A stretch of DNA of 64,000 nucleotides from Candidatus Latescibacterota bacterium (GCA_965208835.1 OZ242358.1:4544001-4608000), one strand, 5' to 3'. Shown: positions 19,275-29,814, numbered from the stretch's first letter. Program-made: numbers and translations. The notes: generated from the sequence alone by a model not told the origin.

Positions 19275-20573
19275 ATGAAAACCGTCGATCCCGCCGCTGT
19301 CTGGGACGTGCGCCCATGGGGGTGTCCGGCACTCACCGTCCGTGACTTCAACGGCGATGGAAGGAACGAAGTCCTGTTTATTCAGAATGCGGGCGCGCAC
19401 GCCAACGAGGCATTCGATCCGCGATTTCCGGACGTGCAGGGGTACAAGACCGGTGTGGAAGAACAGGAGCTTTTCTGCCTGACGCTTACGGACGGGGAGG
19501 GACGGGTTCTCTGGCAGGTGGGAGAGCCGTGGGCGCTCGAACGGCCGTTTTCATGGAACGGCAGCAACTTCTGCCAGGTGGTGGACCTGGACGGGGACGG
19601 TCAGGTCGAGATCATGCTCATCCACAAATCTGAACTGATGGTGTACAAAGGGGCCACGGGCGAGTTGTGCAGCCGGCACAGTCTGCCCCATTCCGGGTTC
19701 TATTTCGCCCGCGCGGTCCGGACCGATCGCTCAGGCCGGTTCCACATCTTCACGAAGAGCGTGACCACCTCGGCCACCCATGGCTACGGGAATCCCTCCC
19801 TCCTGCTGGACCACAATTTCAACGTCGTCTGGGAAATCGAGGTCGACGGCGCCGGGCATGGCGGCAACTACGCTGACGTGGACGGCGACGGGCTGGACGA
19901 ACTCCTGGTCGGCTTCAGCCTGTTCGATCATGACGGCAGTCCCCTGTGGTCCCATCCCCCCATGTCCGAAAACGATCACCTTGACGATTCCGTGATTGCC
20001 GATATCGACGACGACGGACGGTTCGAATTCGCCCTCGCCCACGACGGGCACGACGCGGTCGTACACAATTCGGATGGAACCGTGCGGTTCACCGTTCCGA
20101 TGCACCATTGCCAGAACATCCTGCCGGGAAGATTCTTCAAGGACGAACCGGGGCTTCAACTGGCCTTTGTGGACAAGGCAATGGGCCGCCCCGAGGAAAG
20201 GGAGGCCGCGATCGTCAACGCAGGCGGCCGCGAACTGTCGCGTCACCGGACGATGGGCTATTACTCGGTCATTTCGTGGGCGACCGATCTGGGCGGGGAC
20301 AGCCTGATGCGCCTGGAGTGGCCGGCCCAATCCGACGCCGAACATCGCGTGGTGTGGGTGGACCCCACGGGCAGGGAACTCGCAAAGCTGAAAGCCAGGG
20401 AGAACTTCCACGACCGGTTTCAGAAATTCGGTCTCGAGTCATTTCCGGCCGGGGGCCGTTATTTCGGGACGTGCCACAATTCGACCATCGGAGACGTCGA
20501 CGGAGACGGACAAGACGAGTACCTGGTAACCGATCGCGAAAAGGTGTGGGTTTTCAAGCAGCCGCGATTATAG
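19275..20573 (+). CDS. FG-GAP/VCBS beta-propeller protein (PL11 rhamnogalacturonan lyase-like)
   Basis: Repeated DxDGDG.xE Ca loops (DFNGDGRNE, DLDGDGQVE, DVDGDGLDE, DIDDDGRFE, DVDGDGQDE), GAGH motif. The true start is MKTVDP. Confidence 0.7.
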   Translation: MKTVDPAAVWDVRPWGCPALTVRDFNGDGRNEVLFIQNAGAHANEAFDPRFPDVQGYKTGVEEQELFCLTLTDGEGRVLWQVGEPWALERPFSWNGSNFCQVVDLDGDGQVEIMLIHKSELMVYKGATGELCSRHSLPHSGFYFARAVRTDRSGRFHIFTKSVTTSATHGYGNPSLLLDHNFNVVWEIEVDGAGHGGNYADVDGDGLDELLVGFSLFDHDGSPLWSHPPMSENDHLDDSVIADIDDDGRFEFALAHDGHDAVVHNSDGTVRFTVPMHHCQNILPGRFFKDEPGLQLAFVDKAMGRPEEREAAIVNAGGRELSRHRTMGYYSVISWATDLGGDSLMRLEWPAQSDAEHRVVWVDPTGRELAKLKARENFHDRFQKFGLESFPAGGRYFGTCHNSTIGDVDGDGQDEYLVTDREKVWVFKQPRL

Positions 20574-20599
20574 TGATTGGATCCTGGCCGGCGCATCGC

Positions 20600-21217
20600 C
20601 TAATCGAAATACTCGTCTTCGCTGAACTTCGTCCAGGACTTGAAAACCGGAAACGGCAAGGGCAGATTACCGTTCGGGTCGTTTACCTTGAACGATATCT
20701 TCCCGCCGTCGAAGAGGTCCCGGATCGAAATGGAAACGCCCGATGTCTGAATACAGTTCTCGCACTTATCCGGGAATGACTGCGCCGAATTCGGCGCGAC
20801 GAAGGAAATCCTGTACTCCGATCCGTTTCCTGACCCTTCAATTCGATAGTCTTTCGCCCGGACCTCCCATTCGTTTATGGCGTGTGCGTCCCTGGCATAC
20901 TGGGCCCAGAGGTTGAACCCGCCGGTAAAATCGAGGATGACGCCCTTTCTCGGACTCGCGTCCCTGGAAGGCTGGAACTGACGAAACGACCGCCCGTCCA
21001 TCGTCGTCCTGATTCGTTCTTCTTCATCTGCGCTCACCGGTTCGAACGGGCCGTTCTGCCCGCATGACGTCGCGAACAACAAGGTAGACAGTGAAGCCAA
21101 CAGCGCAATCCACAGCCGATTCCAACCGTCGGTACGTTCCCCGGTGGACTTCGCACCGCAGTTCACGGCAACGCCCGCTTCCGGCGTTACACGGATTCTA
21201 TCGGGTTCGTCAGACAT
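20600..21217 (-). CDS. Hypothetical protein, possible lipoprotein
   Basis: Hydrophobic stretch ending in FATSC-G; GGGAGG RBS; convergent with the flanking plus-strand gene. Confidence 0.65.
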   Translation of the reverse strand: MSDEPDRIRVTPEAGVAVNCGAKSTGERTDGWNRLWIALLASLSTLLFATSCGQNGPFEPVSADEEERIRTTMDGRSFRQFQPSRDASPRKGVILDFTGGFNLWAQYARDAHAINEWEVRAKDYRIEGSGNGSEYRISFVAPNSAQSFPDKCENCIQTSGVSISIRDLFDGGKISFKVNDPNGNLPLPFPVFKSWTKFSEDEYFD

Positions 21218-21361
21218 GATTTCCTCCCTGCTGGACGGGACATCTGTCATGCCGGTCCGGACGCCACTGACACGACGCATCACGACCCCTGCGAGGGAAA
21301 TATACCCAAACGTCCGCGTAGGTTCAACCCGGCGGTCCGGACGAACGGATGGGAATGCCCC

Positions 21362-22771
21362 ATGACGCCTGAAGCCATTCTGAACAAGGTCTGCGATTCG
21401 ATCGACGTGCTGGTCGAGGCGGGAAAACCCTACGGCGGTCTGTTTCCGTCATTGCTGGATCTGGAAACGCACCGGATGTTGACGAAACTGCCCCCGCCGA
21501 TCCACGGACAGCGTATGGGCGACCGCGCTTTTCTGGGCAGCAATCTTATGCACGACCAGCACCTGCTCAAGATCATGTACGCCCTGGACCGTGACGGGTA
21601 CCGGGAAGCGGCCGACCGGTACCTGCGCCGGTTCGCGACCCATTGCACCGATACGGTTACCGGCCTGTTCCCGTGGGGCGAGCACGCGTACTGGCATCTT
21701 GAGGAGGACCGTGTGGGCGACAGCCACCGGCTGGCCCTTCCGGATAAGGAGCCCGGCACCACGCTGCACGACCATCTGCGGCAGGCGCCCGTCTGGCTGT
21801 GGGAAAAGCTGCATGCCTTCAACCCCGCGTGCGTCGAGCGGTTTGCCGAAGGGCTGGACTACCACTACAAGGACGGGGCGCCTCGGGAATATATCCGCCA
21901 CGCCCACATCGAGCGGAGAGAGCGCCTCGAACGCGGACCGGCCTCCTCGGATTTCCCGCGGCACGGCGGGTTCTACATTCTGGACTGGTCGTTTGCCCAT
22001 CGGAAGTCGTCGCGCGCGGATTTTCTGAGGCAGATCGAGACGATGCTGGACTACTGGTGGGCTCACCGTGACCCGGCCGGCCTGCTGCTGTCCACGACTC
22101 GGGGTCCCGAAGCGCCGGCGCCCATGCACAACGCGAACACCCCGGCCCAGACGGTTTCCCTTGCGGCCAGCCTGCTGGAAGCCGCTGAACTGCTCGATGG
22201 AAGCGCGAAGGAGCTGATCGACCGGATGCGGAAGCGCGCCGGCGTGTATATCGACGGTTTTCTGACGGCCCCCCACGATCCTGACGCCGGCGTCTTCGTG
22301 TCCGCCTGCCGGCGTGGGACGAATGAAATCTTGAACACGAACCCCGTCTGGGGAAGCATCTATGGAAACTGGCCGCTGGCTTACGTGGCTCTGATCGCCC
22401 TGTGCATCTACAGGATCACGGAGGATGAACGGCTATTGGACTGGGCGGACGGTGCGGGCCGCTGGCATTCCACGACCCCCTTCCCCGAGGGTGTCCCGGT
22501 CCCCGCGATGGACGCCGGTCTCGCGGTCGAGTTGCTGGCGGACCTCTACGACCTGACCGGTGACACCGACTGGCTGGAACGGGGACTGGAGCTGGCCCGG
22601 ACGCTGATTCCGAATTATATGGATAGGGATCTTGTACGGGGCGCGGCGGGTATCGAGTGGTACGAGTCCCAGATGGTACCGGGAGACCTGCTGCACGGCA
22701 TGGCGAGGCTGGCGTTGCTCGCCATAAACCGAGATGCGTGCCCCCTGACAACGAACTATACCGCGAAGTGA
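21362..22771 (+). CDS. Alpha/alpha-toroid enzyme, pectate lyase family 2-like
   Basis: SNLMHDQHLL...YREAADRYL...TGLFPWGEH resembles the PL2 GLxxWGGH region; LYDLTGD..WL helical hairpins. Confidence 0.55.
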   Translation: MTPEAILNKVCDSIDVLVEAGKPYGGLFPSLLDLETHRMLTKLPPPIHGQRMGDRAFLGSNLMHDQHLLKIMYALDRDGYREAADRYLRRFATHCTDTVTGLFPWGEHAYWHLEEDRVGDSHRLALPDKEPGTTLHDHLRQAPVWLWEKLHAFNPACVERFAEGLDYHYKDGAPREYIRHAHIERRERLERGPASSDFPRHGGFYILDWSFAHRKSSRADFLRQIETMLDYWWAHRDPAGLLLSTTRGPEAPAPMHNANTPAQTVSLAASLLEAAELLDGSAKELIDRMRKRAGVYIDGFLTAPHDPDAGVFVSACRRGTNEILNTNPVWGSIYGNWPLAYVALIALCIYRITEDERLLDWADGAGRWHSTTPFPEGVPVPAMDAGLAVELLADLYDLTGDTDWLERGLELARTLIPNYMDRDLVRGAAGIEWYESQMVPGDLLHGMARLALLAINRDACPLTTNYTAK

Positions 22772-22779
22772 GGCGGAAC

Positions 22780-23829
22780 GTGCGTGCAAAGACGTTCAGG
22801 CTGTGGGCGGGAGGAGACGCGCACGTGGGCACGGACCTGGCGGCGGGCAATCGCCGGAGCCTGGCCGAGGCGATCGTGCAGGCGGAAAAGGGCGGCGCGG
22901 AGGGCGGACCTCCGTTCGAGTGGGACATCATGCTGGACATTGGAGACCTGTCGGGGTCCCAGGCGCCGCCTGGAGACGAAGAAGGGGAAGAGGTCGTACG
23001 GCAGTACAGCGCGTCGACGCTTCATCCGCGGGAAGACTTCTACAATATCGTGGGCAACCACGACGCCAGCGGACCGGACGAGCCGTGCCAGTGGTGGTTC
23101 CGGAAATGGGTGGATCCCACCGGTGAAAATACCGAGTATTCCAACGTCCACGCGGGCCGGCGGCCGTACCAGGTCGAAGGGACCTGGGAGCGGTACTCGT
23201 TTCAGGTTGGGAATATCCTGTTTCTGGCGATGGGAGACCGGAACGACGGCGGGCCGCCGGTGGGGCGGGCCGCCAGAGGCGGGTTCCCGGCCGGCGCGGT
23301 GACGCGGGAGACGTTTGAATGGTGGAAGAAGAAAGTAGAGGCTAACCGGGACAGGATCATTGTGACGGCGCACCACCACATGTTGAAGGACACAACGGTG
23401 GCATCCGGCCCCTGGGAGGGCGTGGACGGCGGATATCACGGCCGGTTCGAAAACGGAGCGCCCATCGGCGCGTCCTACCTCTATTTCGTTGGGGGAACAC
23501 CGGATGCCGGCGCATTCGAGTCCTACCTCGAAGCGCATCCGGGGGCGATTGACCTCTGGCTGGGGGGGCATACCCATACGAATCCGGACGACACCCTCGG
23601 CGGGAGGACCCACGTGGAGCTGAAGTGGGGGGTGACTTTCGTCAACGTGGCGGCGATTTCCCGATATCACGGAAAGAAGAACATCTCGATGAGCAGGCTG
23701 CTGACATTCCGGGAAGGCGCGTCGGAGGTCAATATCAAATGCTATCTCCATATGAGCGATTACGCTGCCCAGGGATGGTACGACAGTGCGGAGAGATCGG
23801 CACCGCTTCGGAAGGCATTCTCATATTGA
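22780..23829 (+). CDS. Calcineurin-like metallophosphoesterase
   Basis: GDAH, GD, GNHD, HH, GHTH motifs. Confidence 0.85.
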   Translation: MRAKTFRLWAGGDAHVGTDLAAGNRRSLAEAIVQAEKGGAEGGPPFEWDIMLDIGDLSGSQAPPGDEEGEEVVRQYSASTLHPREDFYNIVGNHDASGPDEPCQWWFRKWVDPTGENTEYSNVHAGRRPYQVEGTWERYSFQVGNILFLAMGDRNDGGPPVGRAARGGFPAGAVTRETFEWWKKKVEANRDRIIVTAHHHMLKDTTVASGPWEGVDGGYHGRFENGAPIGASYLYFVGGTPDAGAFESYLEAHPGAIDLWLGGHTHTNPDDTLGGRTHVELKWGVTFVNVAAISRYHGKKNISMSRLLTFREGASEVNIKCYLHMSDYAAQGWYDSAERSAPLRKAFSY

Positions 23830-23859
23830 CCGGCGTGCCGGTCACGACGGACGGAACCG

Positions 23860-24022
23860 GTGTTCTGTCCCGGAAATAAGTTGCCTGAATTCGGCCGCCG
23901 AGTCGCCCGACTCGCAAGGCGCCAGAGCGCAGGCGACCTGCGCAAGGTCGGCGAGCGAGGGGAACGAAGCGAGACGGGATGAATCGACGGCCGAATGGTG
24001 AGGTATTTATGGGACAGGACAC
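23860..24022. mobile_element. MITE family C, free-standing 163-bp copy
   Basis: TIRs GTGTTCTGTCCCGGAAATA / TATTTATGGGACAGGACAC; reverse-complement homolog at 29852..30013. Confidence 0.8.
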
Positions 24023-24026
24023 TGAG

Positions 24027-24992
24027 ATGACGACATTCCAGATCGACGGCCGTGACAAGCGGCGACCCATCCGGCTGAGGATTGAGGTCGACAACCAGTT
24101 CGAAGGCGGTGGCCGGTGGCTTCGGGGCGGCCTGCACTCCCACGTGGCGCAAATGGGCGAGTCCCGCGAAGTCTGCGAACACTACATGAACCTGGGATTC
24201 GACTTCCTTGCGACAACGGACTACCTCAGCATCACGCCGATGCCGGAAGCGACGGAAGCCTTCGTAACCGTTCCCGGCGCCGAGATGTTCTGCCCCGGCG
24301 GCGACGACCTGACCCATATTATCTGCCTGGGCATGCGGCATCTTCCTCAGCCGCTGGACGGCACGGTGGAGGACGTCTCCCGCCTGGTCCGGGACACCGA
24401 GGCGCAGGGCGGACTGGCCGTGCTGGCGCACCCCGCCTGGAGCGACTACTCCTGGGAGAAAGCGTATGCCCTGGCAAAGTCCGGGCTGGTCGGCCTGGAG
24501 GTAAGCAACCGGCTGACCTGGCAGATCAACGGCAAGGAGCGATCGGAGGAACTCTGGCAGATGCTGTTCAACGCGGGCGTCCGGCTGGCCGCGATCGGCG
24601 TGGACGATGCGATCGTGCTGGACGACGCGGACGTGACCGGGCGGACGTGGACTGGCGTACTCGTCCGGCGACCGGGCGTGGAGGGCATTCTGGAAGGTAT
24701 ACGCGCGCAGCGGACGTACGCCAGCGAGGGACCGGAGATTCGCGACTTTCGCATCGAAGCTCGGGGCGCGGTTGTCGTGGAATGCAGCCCGTGTACGGCG
24801 TGTCACATCCGGTCGAAGGGGTTCGGGGTCCGCAGTCTGCAGTCGGCGTCGCCTTCGAATCGGTTCGAGGTCGACCTGACCGTTGAAGGCTACCGCATGC
24901 GGGACTGGGTATTCGCGTGCGTGGAGGACGAATTCGGGCGACGTGCCTGGACCAGCGCCATACCCGTCCGCGTTGAGAAGACATCACTCTAG
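24027..24992 (+). CDS. PHP-domain (CehA/McbA-like) metallohydrolase
   Basis: WLRGGLHSH, LATTD, PGAE, LAHP, GLEV.N, GVDDA, YASEGP. Confidence 0.8.
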   Translation: MTTFQIDGRDKRRPIRLRIEVDNQFEGGGRWLRGGLHSHVAQMGESREVCEHYMNLGFDFLATTDYLSITPMPEATEAFVTVPGAEMFCPGGDDLTHIICLGMRHLPQPLDGTVEDVSRLVRDTEAQGGLAVLAHPAWSDYSWEKAYALAKSGLVGLEVSNRLTWQINGKERSEELWQMLFNAGVRLAAIGVDDAIVLDDADVTGRTWTGVLVRRPGVEGILEGIRAQRTYASEGPEIRDFRIEARGAVVVECSPCTACHIRSKGFGVRSLQSASPSNRFEVDLTVEGYRMRDWVFACVEDEFGRRAWTSAIPVRVEKTSL

Positions 24993-25007
24993 CCCTGGGA
25001 GGACAGG

Positions 25008-27023
25008 ATGAAGAGGACCATTCGACGGACGGCGATGCTGCACTTTGAAGAGGCGAGCTTCTCCCGGGACTACGTGAAGTGGGTCGGCGAGGAGGGATTT
25101 ACCGACATTGGATTGGGGCTGAAGCCTGAAGACGATAAGATGACAGGGCAGGGATACGTCTGGGAAAAGGTCTGCCGGCTGGCGGAATGGGCCGGCGAAT
25201 TCGGGCTGGGCGTGATCGTGTTTACCGGATACATGAAATATCGCGAGACGTTTCTTCGGACCCATCCTGAACGCAGCCTCGTCTGCGTCGGGGGCAGCGG
25301 CGCCGCGTTGGACAGCGACAATATCGTGAGGACACGGTGGCTCTGTCCGTTCCAGCCCGAGAACAAGGCCGAATACGTGGACATGATTCACAAGGTGATC
25401 CGGCTGCCGGCGGTTCGGGAAATCCATCTCAATGACGAGGCCGAAATCGGGTTCTCGAATGGAGATGTGGGCTGCTATTGCGACCACTGCGTCGCGGAAT
25501 ACGAACGCGACACCGGCGAACCCCCTCCCAGGGAGGTCGACTGGGCTTCACCGTCCTGGTGGCGGTGGGTGCAGCACCGGATGGAGGCCTGGTCCGCCGT
25601 TCACGCCTTTTTTCGCGAGGGAATCAAGAAGGTGCGGCCGGACGTCGTCGTGGGCATCCAGCATTCGCCGAAGGTGGTGACTTTCAACGAAAACCCCTGG
25701 CTGTCCGGCATCGACCTGTCCCGCGACGCGGAGGCCATGGACGTCCTGTGCACCGACCCGTACCACCACATTCACTATTCCCATTTTACCTATCGCCCCA
25801 TGCGCCGCATCCAGGCGGAGGCGACGCGCGCGCTGGGCGGAGCGACGATCGGGCGTTCACTGTTCATCTATCCCCAGGGTTTCATGCCGCCCTCGGGGAG
25901 CCTGGAGTTGACACGCCGGGACGGATTCATGGCCGGTGCCGTGCCGTTTGCGCTGGGGGCGGAGAATATCTCCCCATACACGTTCGATCTTTGCCAGATC
26001 ATCCCGGGCTACTACGACGGACTGCAGGACGCCTCGCGGCTGATTCCCTATTTTGAAAAAACCCGGCCCTACAGCGCCGCCACGTTGATCAAGCCCTCCC
26101 AGACGGAAATCTACGGGTATCCCGACAAGCGATGGGGGCGGGAGTACCTGGCAATATGGCCAGACGTGATGAACCAGGTTGGGCTGCCCTGGCGATGGGT
26201 CTTCGACCGGCGGCTTCCGGATGCCGGCGAGGCGTTGAGCGGCCCGGTCATCCTTCCGGAGACCCACTGCCTGACGCGTGAACAGCGCTCCGTACTGGAA
26301 GCGCACGCGCGCGGCGGCAACGGGCTGCTCCGGGTGGGGCGGACGCCGTCCGGCGACTGGTCCGGGGAAGGCGCGCATCCGCCCCCCTCCGGCGACGAGA
26401 CAGGGCTCTCGGAGTTAAAGCCGCTCGATTCCGGCCACTCGCTGCTCAAGGGGATCGATACGCCCATCATGCTGGGGTCGGCGTTCCTGGAACCCGGTCT
26501 CGAAGGGGAGACGATCGCCGAAGTGGACGGGCGACCCGCTCTCGTAGCGGCCGAGACCAACGGACGGCGTGAGGTCTGGCTGGCGGGAACGCCCCTGTTC
26601 AACTACGTGGAACCCGGAGACCACGGAGCCGTACGGGCGCCCACGGGCGGGATGTCACTCTTGCGGAACGCGCTGGCGTGGCTGTCGGCCGAAGCGCCCG
26701 CGGCGAGGTTGTGGCCGTATCCACCAAAAAACGACTACGGAGAACTGCGCCCCTGGGACCGCCGGGACGTGCCGACGATGGAACTGTTTCCGAGTCTGGG
26801 AGATGGGTGCCTCGTCGGTCTGATCTTCAACTACCTGGGGCTGGCCTACGAGACGAATCTGGAGATGCGGGTTCCGGATGGGTCGGCGCCAAAAACGCTG
26901 GTGGATATATATTCCGGCGAGGATCTGATGGGATCCGCCGACTTCGACGGGCAAATTGTCCGGTTGCCGGTGGATATGCCCGGCGACCAGGACTTCCTGG
27001 CTGTTGAACTGCAATGGGAGTAA
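25008..27023 (+). CDS. GH42-like TIM-barrel protein with glutamine amidotransferase-like trimerisation domain (paralog 1)
   Basis: LNDE followed by CYCDHC, TDPY, then VILPETHCL domain; same length as 48961..50976. Confidence 0.65.
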   Translation: MKRTIRRTAMLHFEEASFSRDYVKWVGEEGFTDIGLGLKPEDDKMTGQGYVWEKVCRLAEWAGEFGLGVIVFTGYMKYRETFLRTHPERSLVCVGGSGAALDSDNIVRTRWLCPFQPENKAEYVDMIHKVIRLPAVREIHLNDEAEIGFSNGDVGCYCDHCVAEYERDTGEPPPREVDWASPSWWRWVQHRMEAWSAVHAFFREGIKKVRPDVVVGIQHSPKVVTFNENPWLSGIDLSRDAEAMDVLCTDPYHHIHYSHFTYRPMRRIQAEATRALGGATIGRSLFIYPQGFMPPSGSLELTRRDGFMAGAVPFALGAENISPYTFDLCQIIPGYYDGLQDASRLIPYFEKTRPYSAATLIKPSQTEIYGYPDKRWGREYLAIWPDVMNQVGLPWRWVFDRRLPDAGEALSGPVILPETHCLTREQRSVLEAHARGGNGLLRVGRTPSGDWSGEGAHPPPSGDETGLSELKPLDSGHSLLKGIDTPIMLGSAFLEPGLEGETIAEVDGRPALVAAETNGRREVWLAGTPLFNYVEPGDHGAVRAPTGGMSLLRNALAWLSAEAPAARLWPYPPKNDYGELRPWDRRDVPTMELFPSLGDGCLVGLIFNYLGLAYETNLEMRVPDGSAPKTLVDIYSGEDLMGSADFDGQIVRLPVDMPGDQDFLAVELQWE

Positions 27024-27094
27024 CAGTTCAGGAAGACCGGCCTATAGGTGCGAACTCGCGCAGGCATCCTTATCGGCTATCGAAGCGTGGTCAT

Positions 27095-27165
27095 TGAGCT
27101 TGTCGAAATGCCCGCAATGCGCTACCCTTCGCCGACCCTTCGACAGGCTCAGGGAGCGGCTCAGG
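27095..27165. repeat. REP-like CTTCGACA(A/G)GCTCAG inverted-repeat element, copy 1
   Basis: TGAGCTTGTCGAA ... CCCTTCGCCGACCCTTCGACAGGCTCAGGGAGCGGCTC; also at 38667 and 60763. Confidence 0.8.
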
Positions 27166-27467
27166 TCAGGGCCTTGGATGCTACGGGCTTGAGATTCCAA
27201 CCCACAAGAAATCGCATCTGGCGCCCACGTAGTTGCGATCGAATTCCGGACTGACTCCGCAAGACATATCGGTCGCACTCAGGTAGACAGTCCGGTTACG
27301 TATAAGATACCATACCGGATTACTCCCAGAGCAGGGCGCGCTGTTCCGTCCCGCACCGATTTAAGTTATCCATCGGGGTTGGCAGGCCAGCGTAGCGGGT
27401 CCGTCCCGTGAGGGAATTCGCGCCATGCATTAGGCAGGCCCCGCGCCCAGCGGCGACTTTTCTAAAG

Positions 27468-27597
27468 GCGGTAAGAAGGTAGAGGGAAGCCGGTAGAAGA
27501 AATCCGTGCCCGCTACTATATGCCTTCTTGCCTCCGGCACGAGAAGAAACCTTACATGGCAGGCAATCTCTCCCCTCTCCCGTCTTACGTCTACCCG
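27468..27597 (-). repeat. Dispersed 130-bp element family D, copy 1
   Basis: Reverse complement aligns with 57619..57748 (GGGTAGACGTAAG..GGGGAGAGATTGCCTGCC..GTAAG.TTTCTTCTCGTGCCG.AGGCAAG..CGGGCA.GGATTTCTTCTACCG). Confidence 0.8.
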
Positions 27598-27806
27598 GTT
27601 TTTCAAGGAACACGCCGTAGGCAGGGAATTGGGGGAAAGGTGAATTTTGAATTTGGGTCTCGCTTTCTAATTCCGGCCTCTGGCTGATCACCGATAGCTG
27701 ATAGCGCTGTTTGATGTCGGGGATCGAAGGAATCTTGCTCTCGTTGCTATCTAAGGAGTCGCCCGCCTTGCGGTTTCTTCGGATTCTCTTTGTGCCCTTG
27801 ATTTTT

Positions 27807-27833
27807 CATCCTGTCCATCCTGTTCATCCATGT
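27807..27833. repeat. ATCCTG(TCC) 9-mer repeat cluster
   Basis: CATCCTGTCCATCCTGTTCATCCATG; related clusters at 38566..38596 and 51021..51061. Confidence 0.7.
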
Positions 27834-27885
27834 TGGTTTCGCCTCACGACTTAAGGCATTCCACAATAAACGGAGGAACCGAACG

Positions 27886-28731
27886 ATGTCCGAACGAGCC
27901 GACGCGCACATCCATCTGTTCGACGGAGGCTACCAGGATTCCTTTATGAAACGGCTGGGCCGGCCCGTCGATGAAGCCGTCGTCTACGCCTCCCTGGCGA
28001 AAGACCACGGGGTGAAGGCCGCGCTGATCGTCGGGTACGCGGACGTTCCATGGGCGGCGGAGAACACCCGCTATCTCACGCGGATGGCGGCCGAGTACGA
28101 CTGGGTGTATCCCGCGGCCTATTTTGATGCAGCGGAGCCCCCTACGATCGAAGCGCTGACGCAACTTCAGGCGGACGGATTCGTGGGGGTGAGCTTTTAT
28201 ATTTTCGGGCCCGAACGCGTGGACGCGCTCCTCGCCATATCGGACGAGGTCTGGCAGTGGCTGGTTTCCAGGCGCTGGCTCGTGAGCGTGAATTCCAAGG
28301 GCGACGACTGGAACGCCTGGCAGAATGTCCTTACACGACATCCGGAGTTGCGTCTCGTCCTGTCCCATCTTGGCCTGCCTCCAAAGCAGGCGGAAGCGCC
28401 CGACGCGGACGGTGCGAGAGAGGCGATGGCCAGCGTCCTGGCGCTGGCGGAATTTCCCCAGTCGCGGGTCAAGCTTAGCGGCTTCTACGCGCTGACCGAT
28501 CCGGGCCACGACTATCCGCATCACGCGGCCTGGCCCTACGTTGAAGCGCTGCTGGATGCCTACGGCGCTGGTCGTCTGCTATGGGCATCGGACTATTCGC
28601 CCTGCCTGGACTGTCTGACGTTTCCACAGACGTACGACCTGTTTTCGAAAATGCCGTTCCTCACCGATGAGGACCGGACGCGCATCGAAGGATCCAATCT
28701 TCTCGCGCTGCTGGACGAGGTCGAATATTGA
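27886..28731 (+). CDS. Amidohydrolase (Amidohydro_2)
   Basis: DAHIH, LSHLG, VKLSG, LLWASDY. Confidence 0.9.
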   Translation: MSERADAHIHLFDGGYQDSFMKRLGRPVDEAVVYASLAKDHGVKAALIVGYADVPWAAENTRYLTRMAAEYDWVYPAAYFDAAEPPTIEALTQLQADGFVGVSFYIFGPERVDALLAISDEVWQWLVSRRWLVSVNSKGDDWNAWQNVLTRHPELRLVLSHLGLPPKQAEAPDADGAREAMASVLALAEFPQSRVKLSGFYALTDPGHDYPHHAAWPYVEALLDAYGAGRLLWASDYSPCLDCLTFPQTYDLFSKMPFLTDEDRTRIEGSNLLALLDEVEY

Positions 28732-28806
28732 GCCGGGCTCCGTTTCGCAACAATAAGCTCACCGGAATCGCAATTGTATTCCGAGGTCTGCCCCGGAGGT
28801 TCTGAA

Positions 28807-29799
28807 ATGCAAAAACTGGGCGTTGGGATCGTTGGCATCGGACACGCGGGACGGGAACATTTCAAGGCGTTTGACGAGAATCCGGATGCAGAGGTGCGGG
28901 CGGCCTGGGCGCCAAGTGTACGCAGACTGGACCTCTTCCCCGGCTCCATGGACCTGTTTGCCCCCACCTACGAGTCGATGCTGGAGCGTGACGACATTCA
29001 TATTATTTCCCTGTGCAGCCCCAACTACGCCCACGCCGATCAGTCGGTTGCGGCGCTTGAAGCAGGCAAGCACGTGATCTGCGAAAAACCCCTGGCGACC
29101 ACCCTGGAGGACTGCGAGCGGATCGTACGGATGGCCGACACGAAACCCTCGCTGAAGTTCATGGTGGGGCAGAGCGCGCGGTTCAATCCCATCTGCAAGA
29201 CCATCAAACGTATGTACGACGATGGAGAACTGGGTGAAGCCTTCTACGCCGAGGCGGACTATCTGCACAACATCGGGAAACGGATCAAGGACTGGTGGGT
29301 CGACGACCGGAATCCGCACTTCGGACTGATGGGCGGCGGCGTCCACCCCATCGATCTCCTGCGATGGATCGTGGGAGACATCGACGAAGTATTCACGATT
29401 TCCAACCACAAGGTGCTCGCCGAATTTCCGCACGACGATGCGTACCTGATGAATTTCCGATTCGAAAACGGATGCATGGGCAAGATGGCCGCGTTCCTGG
29501 GTTGCCAGCGGCCCTATGAGTTGAATCTGGCGATTTACGGCACAAGGGGCACCGCGATCAACGACAGGTTGTATCTCAGCAAAATCGAAGAGTTGGAGGA
29601 TTTTATCCGGCTCCCGATTACGATTCTTGCCGAGCACCCCACGTTCGGGGAAGAGATGGCGCACTTCGTGGGTTGCATTCTGAACGACGGGACGCCGATG
29701 ATCGACGTGCGGGACGGCGCGAAATCCGCGGCCACCTGCATCGCGGGTGCGGTGTCCATCGAGACCGGCAAACCCGTTCGCGTGAAGAATTCATTCTGA
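28807..29799 (+). CDS. Gfo/Idh/MocA oxidoreductase
   Basis: GIVGIGHAG, GKHVICEKP, GGVHPID. Confidence 0.9.
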   Translation: MQKLGVGIVGIGHAGREHFKAFDENPDAEVRAAWAPSVRRLDLFPGSMDLFAPTYESMLERDDIHIISLCSPNYAHADQSVAALEAGKHVICEKPLATTLEDCERIVRMADTKPSLKFMVGQSARFNPICKTIKRMYDDGELGEAFYAEADYLHNIGKRIKDWWVDDRNPHFGLMGGGVHPIDLLRWIVGDIDEVFTISNHKVLAEFPHDDAYLMNFRFENGCMGKMAAFLGCQRPYELNLAIYGTRGTAINDRLYLSKIEELEDFIRLPITILAEHPTFGEEMAHFVGCILNDGTPMIDVRDGAKSAATCIAGAVSIETGKPVRVKNSF

Positions 29800-29814
29800 A
29801 ATCCGTTCGTCAAA

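Noticed and set aside
27320-27691. 123-aa minus-strand ORF
   Set aside because: Runs through the family D repeat and low-complexity DNA; no RBS or domain evidence.
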